Virus record (IMG/VR): IMGVR_UViG_3300028886_000004
Coordinates: 1-64,000 of that record
From: a virus
Lineage: Duplodnaviria; Caudoviricetes
Reading direction: 5' to 3' (one strand)
DNA length: 64,000 bases
Numbering within the stretch: the first letter of the stretch is position 1; each line of letters begins with the position of its first letter. The position numbers were made by a program, and so were the translations under genes. Positions 9,648-19,507 of the stretch are shown here, one piece after another. The notes beneath the pieces were generated by a model. That model ran no database searches. It saw nothing but the letters and a program-made list of their open reading frames with translations, and was not told where the DNA came from.

Positions 9648-10424
9648 ATGGCAAATACACCAATGATCTCGCACGAGGTTCCTCGTGCCCTTCTAAAGCA
9701 GTCTCGAGCCTTTAATGACTACGACTATGCTTTTGCTCATCTCTACCGCGATGCCGACTTCCATCGCTTCTACAAGGAAAGCGTTGCCCTCGGCCGCAAG
9801 GTTCTCCTCGATAACAGCGCCTTTGAACTTGGCGCCGGAATCTTCGATTCCTTCGGGGACATCATCACCGATTTGAAACCGACGTGGTATGTTGTGCCGG
9901 ATGTCCGCCACGATGGACCTGCCACAATCGAATCCTATGAACGATTCGTCAAAACCTTCCCGGATCTTCCCGGCATCGCAATGTGCGCCATTCAGGGCGA
10001 CACCTTTGAAGCGCTCGCCGATTGCTACAAGTTCATGATTGAGAAGACGCAGAAGATCGCCATCCCATTTGATTCCAAGGGATACGACCAGACCTTGAAG
10101 CCGTGGGAGCGCCGGCCTGCTTTCCTCGAAAAACTTTCGAAGATGCCGTTTTGGAAGGAAAACCCGATGCACCTGTTCGGGACCTACGCGGCAAAGGAAT
10201 TCCTTTCCCCGGTCTATCGTTCCGTCAAATTCGAAACGGTGGACACTTCCAATCCGGTCACGGCAGCCGCCGAAGGCTGGCGCTACGGCGAGGATGGCAT
10301 TGAACGCAAGAGCAATATCCGCCTGATGATGGATAATGTCCCGCGCATCAATCCGGAATTGCTTGAATACAATATTCGTGCTTTCCGCCGCATCGTGGAC
10401 CTTAACTGCACGGCGGGAGAATAA
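9648..10424 (+). CDS. tRNA-guanine transglycosylase-fold protein (DpdA/TGT-like)
   Basis: LLDNSAFELG, VVPDV, AIQG, MHLFG, VDTS follow the TGT TIM-barrel D-S-G / D / Q-G / H-x-x-G / D-S/T pattern. Confidence 0.65.
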   Translation: MANTPMISHEVPRALLKQSRAFNDYDYAFAHLYRDADFHRFYKESVALGRKVLLDNSAFELGAGIFDSFGDIITDLKPTWYVVPDVRHDGPATIESYERFVKTFPDLPGIAMCAIQGDTFEALADCYKFMIEKTQKIAIPFDSKGYDQTLKPWERRPAFLEKLSKMPFWKENPMHLFGTYAAKEFLSPVYRSVKFETVDTSNPVTAAAEGWRYGEDGIERKSNIRLMMDNVPRINPELLEYNIRAFRRIVDLNCTAGE

Positions 10425-10425
10425 G

Positions 10426-10671
10426 GTGACCCGCCCGCCGTATAAATCTTTATCCGGGCTGGAACCGTTTGATGATACCGGCGCATTGGTCAAAGGCATT
10501 GACGAGCGCGACCGGTATATTTTCAAACTCGAATGGATCCTGAAGCGCGTCTCCACACTGGATGAACTTCGCGAAAAGGAAGAGGAGTTCAACCAGCTCC
10601 CGCCCCTTCCCAAATATGGCGAGGATGGCTACTATGATTGTGCGCCGGATCGCTGTGAATATGATGGTTAA
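10426..10671 (+). CDS. hypothetical protein
   Basis: GTG start after GGGAG. Confidence 0.6.
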   Translation: MTRPPYKSLSGLEPFDDTGALVKGIDERDRYIFKLEWILKRVSTLDELREKEEEFNQLPPLPKYGEDGYYDCAPDRCEYDG

Positions 10672-10686
10672 CAAAAGGATTTGATT

Positions 10687-10950
10687 ATGCCGATGACAAA
10701 CGCCGAAGTGAAAGTCAAGGAAGTAGCGGATGTGATCCGTGAAAAGATCGACAAGTGGAAGAATGAAGGCATTCCCCGCGAAGTCATTTTGGACCGCATT
10801 GATGCCTACCTTTCCGGCTTGAGTGATGGCATTGATTTCTGTGATGATATGCGCCGCTGCGAACAGAAGGCAGCCGACAGCGTCATTGCAAAAATCGACC
10901 AGCACGCGGCAAAGATGGACGCCCGCTTTGCACAGCCGGTTTCCCCGTAG
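10687..10950 (+). CDS. hypothetical protein
   Basis: AAGGA RBS. Confidence 0.7.
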   Translation: MPMTNAEVKVKEVADVIREKIDKWKNEGIPREVILDRIDAYLSGLSDGIDFCDDMRRCEQKAADSVIAKIDQHAAKMDARFAQPVSP

Positions 10951-10983
10951 AATTTCGTTTGACAACTATTCCCATGATATACC

Positions 10984-11010
10984 AGGCAGCCCGTAAAACG
11001 GCTGCCTTTT
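10984..11010 (+). terminator. rho-independent terminator
   Basis: AGGCAGCC..GGCTGCCTTTT. Confidence 0.75.
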
Positions 11011-11046
11011 GCGTATATATCAAGGCAACTATATAAGGAAACAAAT

Positions 11047-12042
11047 ATGCTTTATCAAGACCACCGCCCTAAAAAAATTGAAGAGATGCTTGGCAACGAA
11101 AAGGTCCTTGCCACCTTTGCAAAGCACTTCTCAAATGCAATGCACTCCCACGCCCACGTTATTACCGGACCCCGTGGCTGCGGAAAAACAACCCTCGCGC
11201 GTATTGCCGCAAAGGAATTTCTTGGCGCCGACGACCTTGGCATTATGGAAATAAACTGCGGCACCGAACGCGGCATCGCCGCTATGAAGGATGTGATTGA
11301 ATTGGCAACATACCGCCCGCCTACCGGAAAGGCACGCGTCTTCATCCTCGACGAGGCTCACTCCCTCTTGGCGCCGGGCAAGAAGGCACTTCTCAAGCCT
11401 ACGGAAGACTGCCAGGACTTCACCTACTATTTCTTTTGCACAACCGATCCGGATGCATTGTTCTCCGGGGATGCTGGCAAGGCATTGAAGTCGCGCTTGA
11501 CGCCGTGGTGCGTCCGTGCACTCAATCAGGAACAAATCGGCATTCTTATCGACAACGCGGCAGCAAAGTATAACATCCCGCTGGATGCGGAAACGCGCAA
11601 GGCGATCGTGCTCCAAAGCGATGGTTCCCCGCGTGAAGCATTGGTGAAGCTGGAACAGGTCATTGGCGGCGGTTCCCCGGTAACTGAAAAGTCCGACACC
11701 GTTGAAATCTTTGACTTCTGCAAATATCTTTACAGCGCATATGGCAAGCCGGAAATGTGGCTCGATGTTGGAAAGAGACTGCGTGCATTGAAGAATGCAG
11801 GCGTGGCAGCCGAAGGCATTCGCCACACGGCACTTGCGCTGGCATCCTCCACCTTGATGTCGCGCGTGGATCCGGCAGCGGTTGACATGATTGATATTAT
11901 GAGCTCCCCGCTCTATGATCAGGGTGAAGCGTTCCCGAAGCTGGTGGCTATGTCTTTCAAGATTTGCCACTGCACGCCCGCCGTGCCTGCGCCGAAGACT
12001 CCGGATACGCCGAACAATCCGTTCGCCCCGCCGCAAAAATAA
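11047..12042 (+). CDS. dnaX: clamp loader AAA+ subunit (DNA Pol III gamma/tau-like)
   Basis: YQDHRP, GPRGCGKTTLARI, VFILDEAH, ALLKPTE, KSR, DGSPREA. Confidence 0.9.
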   Translation: MLYQDHRPKKIEEMLGNEKVLATFAKHFSNAMHSHAHVITGPRGCGKTTLARIAAKEFLGADDLGIMEINCGTERGIAAMKDVIELATYRPPTGKARVFILDEAHSLLAPGKKALLKPTEDCQDFTYYFFCTTDPDALFSGDAGKALKSRLTPWCVRALNQEQIGILIDNAAAKYNIPLDAETRKAIVLQSDGSPREALVKLEQVIGGGSPVTEKSDTVEIFDFCKYLYSAYGKPEMWLDVGKRLRALKNAGVAAEGIRHTALALASSTLMSRVDPAAVDMIDIMSSPLYDQGEAFPKLVAMSFKICHCTPAVPAPKTPDTPNNPFAPPQK

Positions 12043-12088
12043 TGTATATTATGTAAGGCAATCATAAAAGCCAAACTCCGAAGAGGTT

Positions 12089-12122
12089 CCCCGAGGGTTC
12101 GCCATATACCCTCGGGGTTTTC
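12089..12122 (+). terminator. rho-independent terminator
   Basis: CCCCGAGGGT..ACCCTCGGGG followed by TTTT. Confidence 0.75.
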
Positions 12123-12155
12123 CGTATATTAAGGTAAATCTATTGGAGTAAACCT

Positions 12156-12569
12156 ATGATTATCGATCCCAAGAAAATTCTCGAAAATGAAGCAATCATT
12201 CCCGCCGCCGGGACAAAGTGTCAGCAGTGCGGCGTGGACGTTACCGTGAAGGAAAACGTCGTTGTGGAACCGCACGGCTTCAAGAATATTGAAATTGCCG
12301 AAAAGGTCCACGTCCCTGAAAACGCGGCCGGATTCCTTTTCGTGAGAAGCTCCCTTTCCCGCAAGGGCATTTTTATTTCGTCCGGCGTTTATGATCCGGG
12401 CTTCTGCGGCGCAGCAGGCTGCACTATCTACAATATGGGCAACGATCCTCTTTGCCTTGAAGCAGGCGACCGAATCGCACAGATGGTTTTCTTTGAATGC
12501 AATGCCGCTTCCCAATACAATGGCAAATATCAAGGCAGCACCAGCGGGGAATCGAAGGGATGGAAATAA
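12156..12569 (+). CDS. dcd: dCTP deaminase / trimeric dUTPase family
   Basis: GVDVT, RSSLSRKG, YDPGFCG, GDRIAQMVF, YNGKYQG. Confidence 0.85.
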   Translation: MIIDPKKILENEAIIPAAGTKCQQCGVDVTVKENVVVEPHGFKNIEIAEKVHVPENAAGFLFVRSSLSRKGIFISSGVYDPGFCGAAGCTIYNMGNDPLCLEAGDRIAQMVFFECNAASQYNGKYQGSTSGESKGWK

Positions 12570-14014
12570 CTCCGATTAACGCGCAGGTTGAAGGTGAGCG
12601 CCGCCTCATCGCCAACCTCATTATGTCAACAGACCTCCTGATGTATTGCACCGAAATGGGCAAGCCGGATCTGTTCACCGAAGGAGTGTGCCGCAACGTC
12701 GCCACTTGGCTTTGGGACTACTTTCAGGTCCGTCATTCCGCCCCGGGGCGTGCCATCGAGGACATCTACCTGCACAAGGCACAATTCCTGCGTGAAGCCG
12801 ATTCCGCCGAGGTCCGACTTTTCCTTTCAAATCTCAGCGACGATTGGGCGCCAACCAATCTTGATTTAATCAAGGAGCAGGCGCTCGATTTCTTCCGCCT
12901 AGCTGGCATCAAGAAATTGCGAGACGAACTCGATCGTGCCTTGCTTGTAAGGGATGCCTCCCGCGGCGAATCCATTGTCGCACAATATGTGGCGCCGGCG
13001 CCTATTCACAGCTCGACCGTTTCGTTGTTTTCCCCGCAATCCGCCCCCATTGTCAGGGACGCCTTCAACGAGGAATCCGAAGTGCTCTTGTCCTACGAAG
13101 GCGATGCGGGTCTTGTATTGGGGACTATGGCGCGAGAAGACTTCGTGGCATTTGGCGCCCCGCCGAAACGCGGTAAAACGTGGTGGCTCATCAAGACCGC
13201 CAGGGACTGCGCCAAGGTTGGTCTCCGCGTTCTTTTCCTATCGCTAGAAATGAAGCAGGCGCAGGTTTTAAGGCGTTTTTGGCAAAGCTTTACCGGATGC
13301 TCGCGCAAGGGCGAAGAAGCGCGTTATAGCGCATTTATGGAGAGTTCTCCGGGGCGTTTTACAATAGTGCCGGGGCAGCTCAAAACCAATACGCCAAATC
13401 TTGATGAAGGACAGATGGAAGAGGCGATGCGGAACATGGCCTTGTATTATCGTGGCGACCTCCGCATCCGCACCTATCCTTCCAACTCCTTGACGATCGC
13501 TAGATTGAAGGAGGACCTGGACTCGCTTGCCACCTACGAACATTTTGTCCCGGACGTGATTGTTGCCGACTATGCCGATATTTTTAAGCACTCCACCGCT
13601 GCCAAAGAAATGCGCGACCGCATCAATGATACTTGGGTATCGCTCCGCGGGCTCGCTTCCGAAAGGCACGCGCTTGTAGTCACCGCCACCCAAACCGGGC
13701 GTGCAACCGTTGGCGGACAAAAGGATGCCGAAGAAAGCGACGTGGCGGAAGACATCCGTAAAGTGGCACATGTCACCAAGATGATTATGATCAACCAAAA
13801 CGCAACCGAGCGTGAGCAAGGGCTGTATAGATTAGCGTGTAATACAACGCGCGATGAGCCCGTGGCGCCTTCGCAGCTTCTTTGCACTTCCTGCCTTGCA
13901 ATCGGCGAGCCTATGATGGATGCGCATATGGTTGCAAATATTGACTACCAGTCGGAGGACGATGGCGAAGAACCGAAGCGCAAGGCTCCGAGCAAAAGAG
14001 GATTCAAACTATGA
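12560..14014 (+). CDS. dnaB: replicative DNA helicase (DnaB/SF4)
   Basis: GAPPKRGKT, LSLEM, IVADYAD, TATQTGR, AEDIRK. Confidence 0.88.
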   Translation: MEITPINAQVEGERRLIANLIMSTDLLMYCTEMGKPDLFTEGVCRNVATWLWDYFQVRHSAPGRAIEDIYLHKAQFLREADSAEVRLFLSNLSDDWAPTNLDLIKEQALDFFRLAGIKKLRDELDRALLVRDASRGESIVAQYVAPAPIHSSTVSLFSPQSAPIVRDAFNEESEVLLSYEGDAGLVLGTMAREDFVAFGAPPKRGKTWWLIKTARDCAKVGLRVLFLSLEMKQAQVLRRFWQSFTGCSRKGEEARYSAFMESSPGRFTIVPGQLKTNTPNLDEGQMEEAMRNMALYYRGDLRIRTYPSNSLTIARLKEDLDSLATYEHFVPDVIVADYADIFKHSTAAKEMRDRINDTWVSLRGLASERHALVVTATQTGRATVGGQKDAEESDVAEDIRKVAHVTKMIMINQNATEREQGLYRLACNTTRDEPVAPSQLLCTSCLAIGEPMMDAHMVANIDYQSEDDGEEPKRKAPSKRGFKL

Positions 14015-15024
14015 AAATCAATGGAAAGTTCTTGAAGGCCGCCGTTGCCAAATGCGCAGCAGGCGTTGAAGCAGGCACCGGTCTCGCCCAAGCTGGCAAG
14101 GTTATTTTCGTTCCCGGTTTTATTATGGGCATCGGCACCAGCGTCAACGTGCGCGTCCCTTGCCCGGAGGTGGACTTTGCCTTTATGGTGGACAAAGGCT
14201 CCCTCGACAAGGTCCTTTCAAAGGCAACCGGGGACATTGATATTAGCCGCGATGGCGAACGGGTTGTTCTCAAATATGGCCGCTCAAGGCTGGCGTTGCC
14301 TTTTGCCGACTTGCCGCAAACGCTCGCGGAGTTCCCCGAGGAATGGGGCCCGGTTCCCGGCAATTTCATCGGGAAGCTCAAGGCGGTAACATTCCCCAAT
14401 AAGACGGGGTATGCAGGCGTTGCGTGGGATTGCGGCGCGTATGCGGGACTCATCAGCACGGACTCCATCCGCATTGTTACTGCGGATTGTCCGAACCTTC
14501 CCAAAGGCGCTTGGCTCCCGGATGCTGCCGTTTCCGCCCTTTCAAAGGCAGGCACGGAAGCGACCGGCATTGTGAACGATATGCCCTATATCCACGTCCA
14601 GTATGCGGATGGGACAGTTTGCTCCGTCTTGTATCGCGCGATTGGGGACTTCCCTATTCCTGCCCTTTGCCAATACATTGATTCGTTTGATGGCGGCGAA
14701 GTGGTAGCCGAAGGCGAATTGGGCGCCGATGCGCTGGAGGCAATCAAGAGTGCCGAAACGTTCACGGACGTATTTGACGCGCAGATGCCGGTCCACATTG
14801 CATTCGAGCCCGGCAAATTGTCTGTCCGTGCCGAAAACTCCGGCGGCGAATTTTATGGCGAGGCGGAATGGACTGGCGAATATACCGGACACTTTACGGT
14901 TGATGCAAGGCCGTTCAATGCAATGGGGGCAGGCGCCAAGGCAATCCTGAAGTCCATTGATGGCAACATCTCCCTTGAAATTTGCGGCGATGGCGTGCGC
15001 GTATTGCTCTCGCCGGACCCGTAA
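14011..15024 (+). CDS. putative sliding clamp (Pol III beta-like)
   Basis: 337 aa, beta-rich three-domain pattern with STDSIRI (cf. ATDGHRL); coupled to helicase, near clamp loader. Confidence 0.6.
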   Translation: MKINGKFLKAAVAKCAAGVEAGTGLAQAGKVIFVPGFIMGIGTSVNVRVPCPEVDFAFMVDKGSLDKVLSKATGDIDISRDGERVVLKYGRSRLALPFADLPQTLAEFPEEWGPVPGNFIGKLKAVTFPNKTGYAGVAWDCGAYAGLISTDSIRIVTADCPNLPKGAWLPDAAVSALSKAGTEATGIVNDMPYIHVQYADGTVCSVLYRAIGDFPIPALCQYIDSFDGGEVVAEGELGADALEAIKSAETFTDVFDAQMPVHIAFEPGKLSVRAENSGGEFYGEAEWTGEYTGHFTVDARPFNAMGAGAKAILKSIDGNISLEICGDGVRVLLSPDP

Positions 15025-15046
15025 GGGCGGTGGCGCTGCCCTTTCC
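15023..15046 (+). terminator. terminator-like hairpin
   Basis: AAGGGCGG..CTGCCCTTT. Confidence 0.6.
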
Positions 15047-15090
15047 ATTATGTATATTGAAGGTATGCTTTATACCTTCAAGGGGCTGCT

Positions 15091-16893
15091 ATGAAAACAA
15101 ATGAGAAGCAAAACATCAAAACCGATTGGGCGATCTCCGGCATTGTCAAGCCGGACCATATGAATTCGCTTACGCGGCATGTTCCCTATGATTACATAGT
15201 CACGGACACGATGCTGGAAGGGAAGTCCGGGTCGATTGATGTGGATTTGCTTCTCAACCCAGCCGACCCCGAAACCGGGGATGAAGGCGGCGGAATGATT
15301 CACGGGCGCACCGGGGAATACCACGTCCTCATCAATACGCCGGTTCCGGACGATATCATTTTGGAGTTCCCTGCTAGAAGCATAGGGGACGGCGAAGGTG
15401 AACTCAAGGTTCACGTTTACGCATTTGGTCCGTATAAGGCCCGCGTAAGTCCGGGCACGTCCGCCCCAAATCCCAACATCACGCATTATTTCCACACGGC
15501 TGGCGAGGAAAATGCAGTCACCTTTTACAGCCTTGCATACAATACCTACGTTGGATCTTTTGACGCCCCGTATGACATTGAACTCGGACAGCATCATACC
15601 TTCTATTATGAAAAGGCGCTTGGTCCCATTCCCCACCAGCCTCAGGCGAAAAATGCCATAATTGAGCGCAAGTCGTGGATGAGCAATGCCGTTGGCGGTG
15701 AAGGCGGCGGCGGATCTGTCCTCCGCATTTTTGACGTGGTTGCCAAAAACAATGTTGGCAAGCAGCATTTCAGTATGACGCTCGGCGACGAAGTTCTTGC
15801 CAAGTTTATGAACCAAAATTTGCTGACCGGCCCTCTTACCAATGTGGACCCCTACAACGATCACGAGAAGGTCCCCGGAATGACTCCGTGGAATGTGGCA
15901 TCGGATCCGCTTGATGTATCGAATGTTTCGGCGATTGAATGGCTTACGTGGCACGGCGCCGGCGTAATGTCTTATGCGTGCACCTATCAGGGCAGGTCCA
16001 TCAATTATTGGGATGTGTATAATCCCTACCGCTGCCTTACCCTTGATACCGGCAAGATGCCAATCGGAAAGATTCTCAAAATCCACATTGAGGTCGTAAA
16101 GTCCAACCACGATCCCGAAGTCCCCGTGGTGAATGTCCAAGAAGTAAGAAACGATTACAATTTTTACAATGCGAACTCCGGCATTCAAGGGGAGTTTGTG
16201 GTTAAAATGGATCGCCGGAATATGCCAACCGTAAGTGGCGCCTCCGGTTCACTTACTCTCCAGCTTGCTTCCGGATTCTACCCTGTGATACCTGCCGACG
16301 TTTCCGCGGATGATATCGTTTTTGTTTTGGAATATGGCGGAACACATGGCGTGGCGGTATTCTCCTCCACATCCGGGGAACGCCCCTTGGTTCCGTATGA
16401 TGGGGCCGCCACTACAATGCAATGCACTGTTACAACGGACGCCGACGGCTATATCACGGTCAAGTTCACTGCAACCAATCGAAACGGCGCCACCCGCAAC
16501 TACACGTGGAAGATTTCTTCCGAGGCGCTGACGGGCGTGAATATTACATCGAGTGAACGTGAAGTTAACTTCCGGCGCTATGAACCGCAGATTTCCGGGT
16601 CATCCGTTACTTACAATTGGGCGGATGACGCACATCCGTTCCGCATTTATGCGCCGCTTGCAGGTCCTCGCTTCTATTGGCCGTATTTGATGGCGCGTTC
16701 GGATGGCGGCGGCCACGGCGCCTCCGAGCTGGCGCTCCGTTTCCGCAAGATCCGCGATTACGCGACAAAGATCGATTACGGCGACGATTATGGTTCCGGT
16801 AATATTCAATATACCCCGGAAGAGCCGCATTATGAGAGCGTCGTGTATATGTGTCGTATAGATAACGACCACGTTCTTGTTCTCGGATACTAA
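15091..16893 (+). CDS. putative virion structural protein (beta-rich, Gly linker)
   Basis: 600 aa, GGEGGGGS linker, beta-sandwich-like composition. Confidence 0.5.
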   Translation: MKTNEKQNIKTDWAISGIVKPDHMNSLTRHVPYDYIVTDTMLEGKSGSIDVDLLLNPADPETGDEGGGMIHGRTGEYHVLINTPVPDDIILEFPARSIGDGEGELKVHVYAFGPYKARVSPGTSAPNPNITHYFHTAGEENAVTFYSLAYNTYVGSFDAPYDIELGQHHTFYYEKALGPIPHQPQAKNAIIERKSWMSNAVGGEGGGGSVLRIFDVVAKNNVGKQHFSMTLGDEVLAKFMNQNLLTGPLTNVDPYNDHEKVPGMTPWNVASDPLDVSNVSAIEWLTWHGAGVMSYACTYQGRSINYWDVYNPYRCLTLDTGKMPIGKILKIHIEVVKSNHDPEVPVVNVQEVRNDYNFYNANSGIQGEFVVKMDRRNMPTVSGASGSLTLQLASGFYPVIPADVSADDIVFVLEYGGTHGVAVFSSTSGERPLVPYDGAATTMQCTVTTDADGYITVKFTATNRNGATRNYTWKISSEALTGVNITSSEREVNFRRYEPQISGSSVTYNWADDAHPFRIYAPLAGPRFYWPYLMARSDGGGHGASELALRFRKIRDYATKIDYGDDYGSGNIQYTPEEPHYESVVYMCRIDNDHVLVLGY

Positions 16894-17681
16894 TGACCCC
16901 AGTTGCCATCGTAATCACGCGAAACCAAAATCCGGAAGATATGGTGGCAGCCTTGGCGCCACGTATGCCGGTAGTCATCTCGTATGACACCCCGACAAAG
17001 GATGAATGGGCGGCCGCCGAAAAGCTGGCAGCCCGTTTTCCATCTGTAGGCATAACGAGGTTTGACAGATCTGTCCCCGGATTCTTTGCCGGGGCAAATC
17101 GCAACACCGGGCTGAATGCCGCCCGGACTTTCCATCCGCAAGCCACCCATTATTTTTTCTTTGATGGAGATCGTGTCCCGGACCCCTTTGCCTATCAATA
17201 TCTCGATTACCTTCTTCGTGATTACAAAGCGGACTGCTGCCTTTTCACCTGCAAAGAAGGGGACACGCGCGCCATTCGCAGAACGGAGCGGATCCACGGC
17301 GTAGTCGATACCGGCTGTATGGTCAGCGCATTCTATTCTTGCGGCTTTGTATTGTCCCGCGCTGCCTGCGAGAAAGTAATGGCGGCAAACGACGGCGCAT
17401 TATTCCACCCGGCATTTAATGGTATATGGGGCGAGGAGGACAAATTCCTTGGCATCCAGCTTGACAATCTCGGATTCAAAACGATCTTCTGTGCCTCGCC
17501 GCGATTGGGCGGGAAGGCGTTGACGGACGCGGAGCAGGTGCCGAACTATGAAATATCGCTGCAGCGGCGCATAAATCTTATGCAAAAATATGGCTATCCG
17601 CTGCGTCCCTTTGATAAATATGTCCGGCTGGTCTATGAAAATGGCGCCCCGGTCTCCGTGTATATCGGCGAAATTCGCTAA
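16893..17681 (+). CDS. glycosyltransferase, GT-A fold (GT2/GT7C-like)
   Basis: GANRNTG, FFDGD (DxD), FNGIWGEED. Confidence 0.85.
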   Translation: MTPVAIVITRNQNPEDMVAALAPRMPVVISYDTPTKDEWAAAEKLAARFPSVGITRFDRSVPGFFAGANRNTGLNAARTFHPQATHYFFFDGDRVPDPFAYQYLDYLLRDYKADCCLFTCKEGDTRAIRRTERIHGVVDTGCMVSAFYSCGFVLSRAACEKVMAANDGALFHPAFNGIWGEEDKFLGIQLDNLGFKTIFCASPRLGGKALTDAEQVPNYEISLQRRINLMQKYGYPLRPFDKYVRLVYENGAPVSVYIGEIR

Positions 17682-17734
17682 AAATCGCCATTTTTAGAAA
17701 AAAAGTGAAAAAAGTGAGAATTTTTCTCAAAAAC

Positions 17735-17817
17735 GGGGTGTCTTTTTCAAAATATGTATCTATATTAAAGACATAAGGATGAGGCGATGTTGCCTCGCCA
17801 AACAAGGAAAGAAGATT
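17735..17817 (+). promoter_or_regulatory. conserved promoter cassette, copy 1
   Basis: GGGGTGTCTTTTTCA-N11-TATATT, leader hairpin, CAAGGAAAG RBS, AT-rich upstream tract. Confidence 0.85.
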
Positions 17818-18759
17818 ATGAAGAACAACACCCTCGCACTCACCACCACGCTCTCCGCCCGCGAAGCCACTTGGGATTCCATTGGTCACGCGCTGGACAC
17901 CAGCAAGTTCGATGAAGCCCTCGCTGCTTGCGGCCTCGACTTCACCGCCACGATGTCCCCGGCCCTCACCACGATGCCGGATGGCGTTGTCTCCCGCATT
18001 CCGAACACCAATGCCGTTGTCGGCACGGACAACAAGATTCACGGCGTGGTCAGCGATGCCTACCACATCATTCAGAACCGCGAGGCATTCGACTTCGCCC
18101 AGTACATCACGGAAGACCTCAAGTTCCTCCGTGGCGGCGAAACGGCTACCGGCTTGAACTACATGATCGCAGCCCTGCCGACCGTGAAGATCCTCGGCGA
18201 CGAAATCACCCCGCACCTGATTTTCCAAAACTCTTTCAACAAGAAGTACATTTGCAAGGTCGCAATCTTCCCGCTCCGCATCGTGTGCCAAAACCAGTTC
18301 AACGTGGCTTTCAAGCAGGCTGAAAACGCCGTGACCATCCGCCACAGCGCAACCGCCGCCGAAAAGCTGGAACAGGCAAAGATCACGATGTCCAACGCCT
18401 CCGCCTATATGGCCCAGTTCGCCCAGCTCGCCGAAAAGTTCGCAACGCTCCGCACCGGCGCCGACGCCTTGGATGCCTTCGTGGACTACATGTTCCCCAT
18501 CAAGTCCACCCTCAAGGACACCGAATTGGCCCGCCTTGAAGTCAAGCGCCAGGACTTCCGCAACTGCTACAATGCGGACGACAACGGCAACTTCCGCAAC
18601 AGCGCCTGGGGCTTGATCAACGCCTACGCGGACTTCGCCACGCACTACTCCGGCACGAACACCAAGAAGAGCGGCCGCATGTGCGAAAAGCGCTTCGAAC
18701 GCAGCCTCGCCACCCCGATGAACAAGATCCTCTCGTTCGCGGAAAGCCTCGCCGCCTAG
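17818..18759 (+). CDS. DUF932/DUF945-like phage/plasmid protein
   Basis: GVVSDAYHIIQNREAFDF, LRIVCQN, IRHS, SAWGLINAY..H. Confidence 0.88.
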   Translation: MKNNTLALTTTLSAREATWDSIGHALDTSKFDEALAACGLDFTATMSPALTTMPDGVVSRIPNTNAVVGTDNKIHGVVSDAYHIIQNREAFDFAQYITEDLKFLRGGETATGLNYMIAALPTVKILGDEITPHLIFQNSFNKKYICKVAIFPLRIVCQNQFNVAFKQAENAVTIRHSATAAEKLEQAKITMSNASAYMAQFAQLAEKFATLRTGADALDAFVDYMFPIKSTLKDTELARLEVKRQDFRNCYNADDNGNFRNSAWGLINAYADFATHYSGTNTKKSGRMCEKRFERSLATPMNKILSFAESLAA

Positions 18760-18764
18760 TCCAT

Positions 18765-18855
18765 TAACGCGCCGGAAACGGCGCTATAATCCTTTCAAAA
18801 TTGGCGCCCATGTATTTGGGCGCCTTTTCTATTTCAGCGCCTTATACGCGCATTA
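18765..18855. terminator. terminator / palindromic element
   Basis: GGCGCCCA-TGTATT-TGGGCGCC-TTTT with periodic GCG/TTA flanks. Confidence 0.7.
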
Positions 18856-18897
18856 TGGCAGGTGTATGCAAACGCGAAGTTTTATTATATTTGAAAC

Positions 18898-19497
18898 ATG
18901 GGCGTAACACTTAGAAAAGTATTGGACGAGGAGATGAACCTCGAAACAGAGGAACTCATTACGGACGAGTCCCTTGTCCGGCAGTACCGCAAAGCGGTCC
19001 ACTGGTATCGCAAATACCGGCTGTTCCCGCGTACTAATACCTGCAAATACAGCATCGAGACCGGGGAATATGTCCCGGACATCGATATGAATCAAAAGGT
19101 CACGTATCAAGGCAAGACCGTGAAATTGAAGGACCTCGTGAATACCGAAACGCGCGTATTCAACGGGACCGGAACCATCACGGTGACCATCGCCTTGACC
19201 GCAGACAATGCGTATTTGGCAGGCCTGCCCCACGAGCTGGAGAATTTGTTTGTCGCCTACTGCAAGCTGGCGATCGGACAAAAGCTGAAATTCAGTTCCT
19301 ATCAAAATCAGCCGTTCCAGCTTGACGGAGAAGCCATCTACGCCGAAGGCGAGGCAGGTCGCAAGGAATGGGAAGAATTTATCATGATCAACCGCGATGA
19401 GGACCCGCAAAACATTACGGACCTCCGCAAAGAACCATATAAGGGCGTGAGCGCCGGGAGCATTATGTTCCGCACCGGCGGCACTGTTCTTTGGTAA
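18898..19497 (+). CDS. putative neck/head-tail adaptor (T4 gp13-like)
   Basis: QLDGEAIYAEG..GRKEWEE resembles the gp13 C-terminal motif; leaderless. Confidence 0.55.
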   Translation: MGVTLRKVLDEEMNLETEELITDESLVRQYRKAVHWYRKYRLFPRTNTCKYSIETGEYVPDIDMNQKVTYQGKTVKLKDLVNTETRVFNGTGTITVTIALTADNAYLAGLPHELENLFVAYCKLAIGQKLKFSSYQNQPFQLDGEAIYAEGEAGRKEWEEFIMINRDEDPQNITDLRKEPYKGVSAGSIMFRTGGTVLW

Positions 19498-19507
19498 TGA
19501 GGGAATT

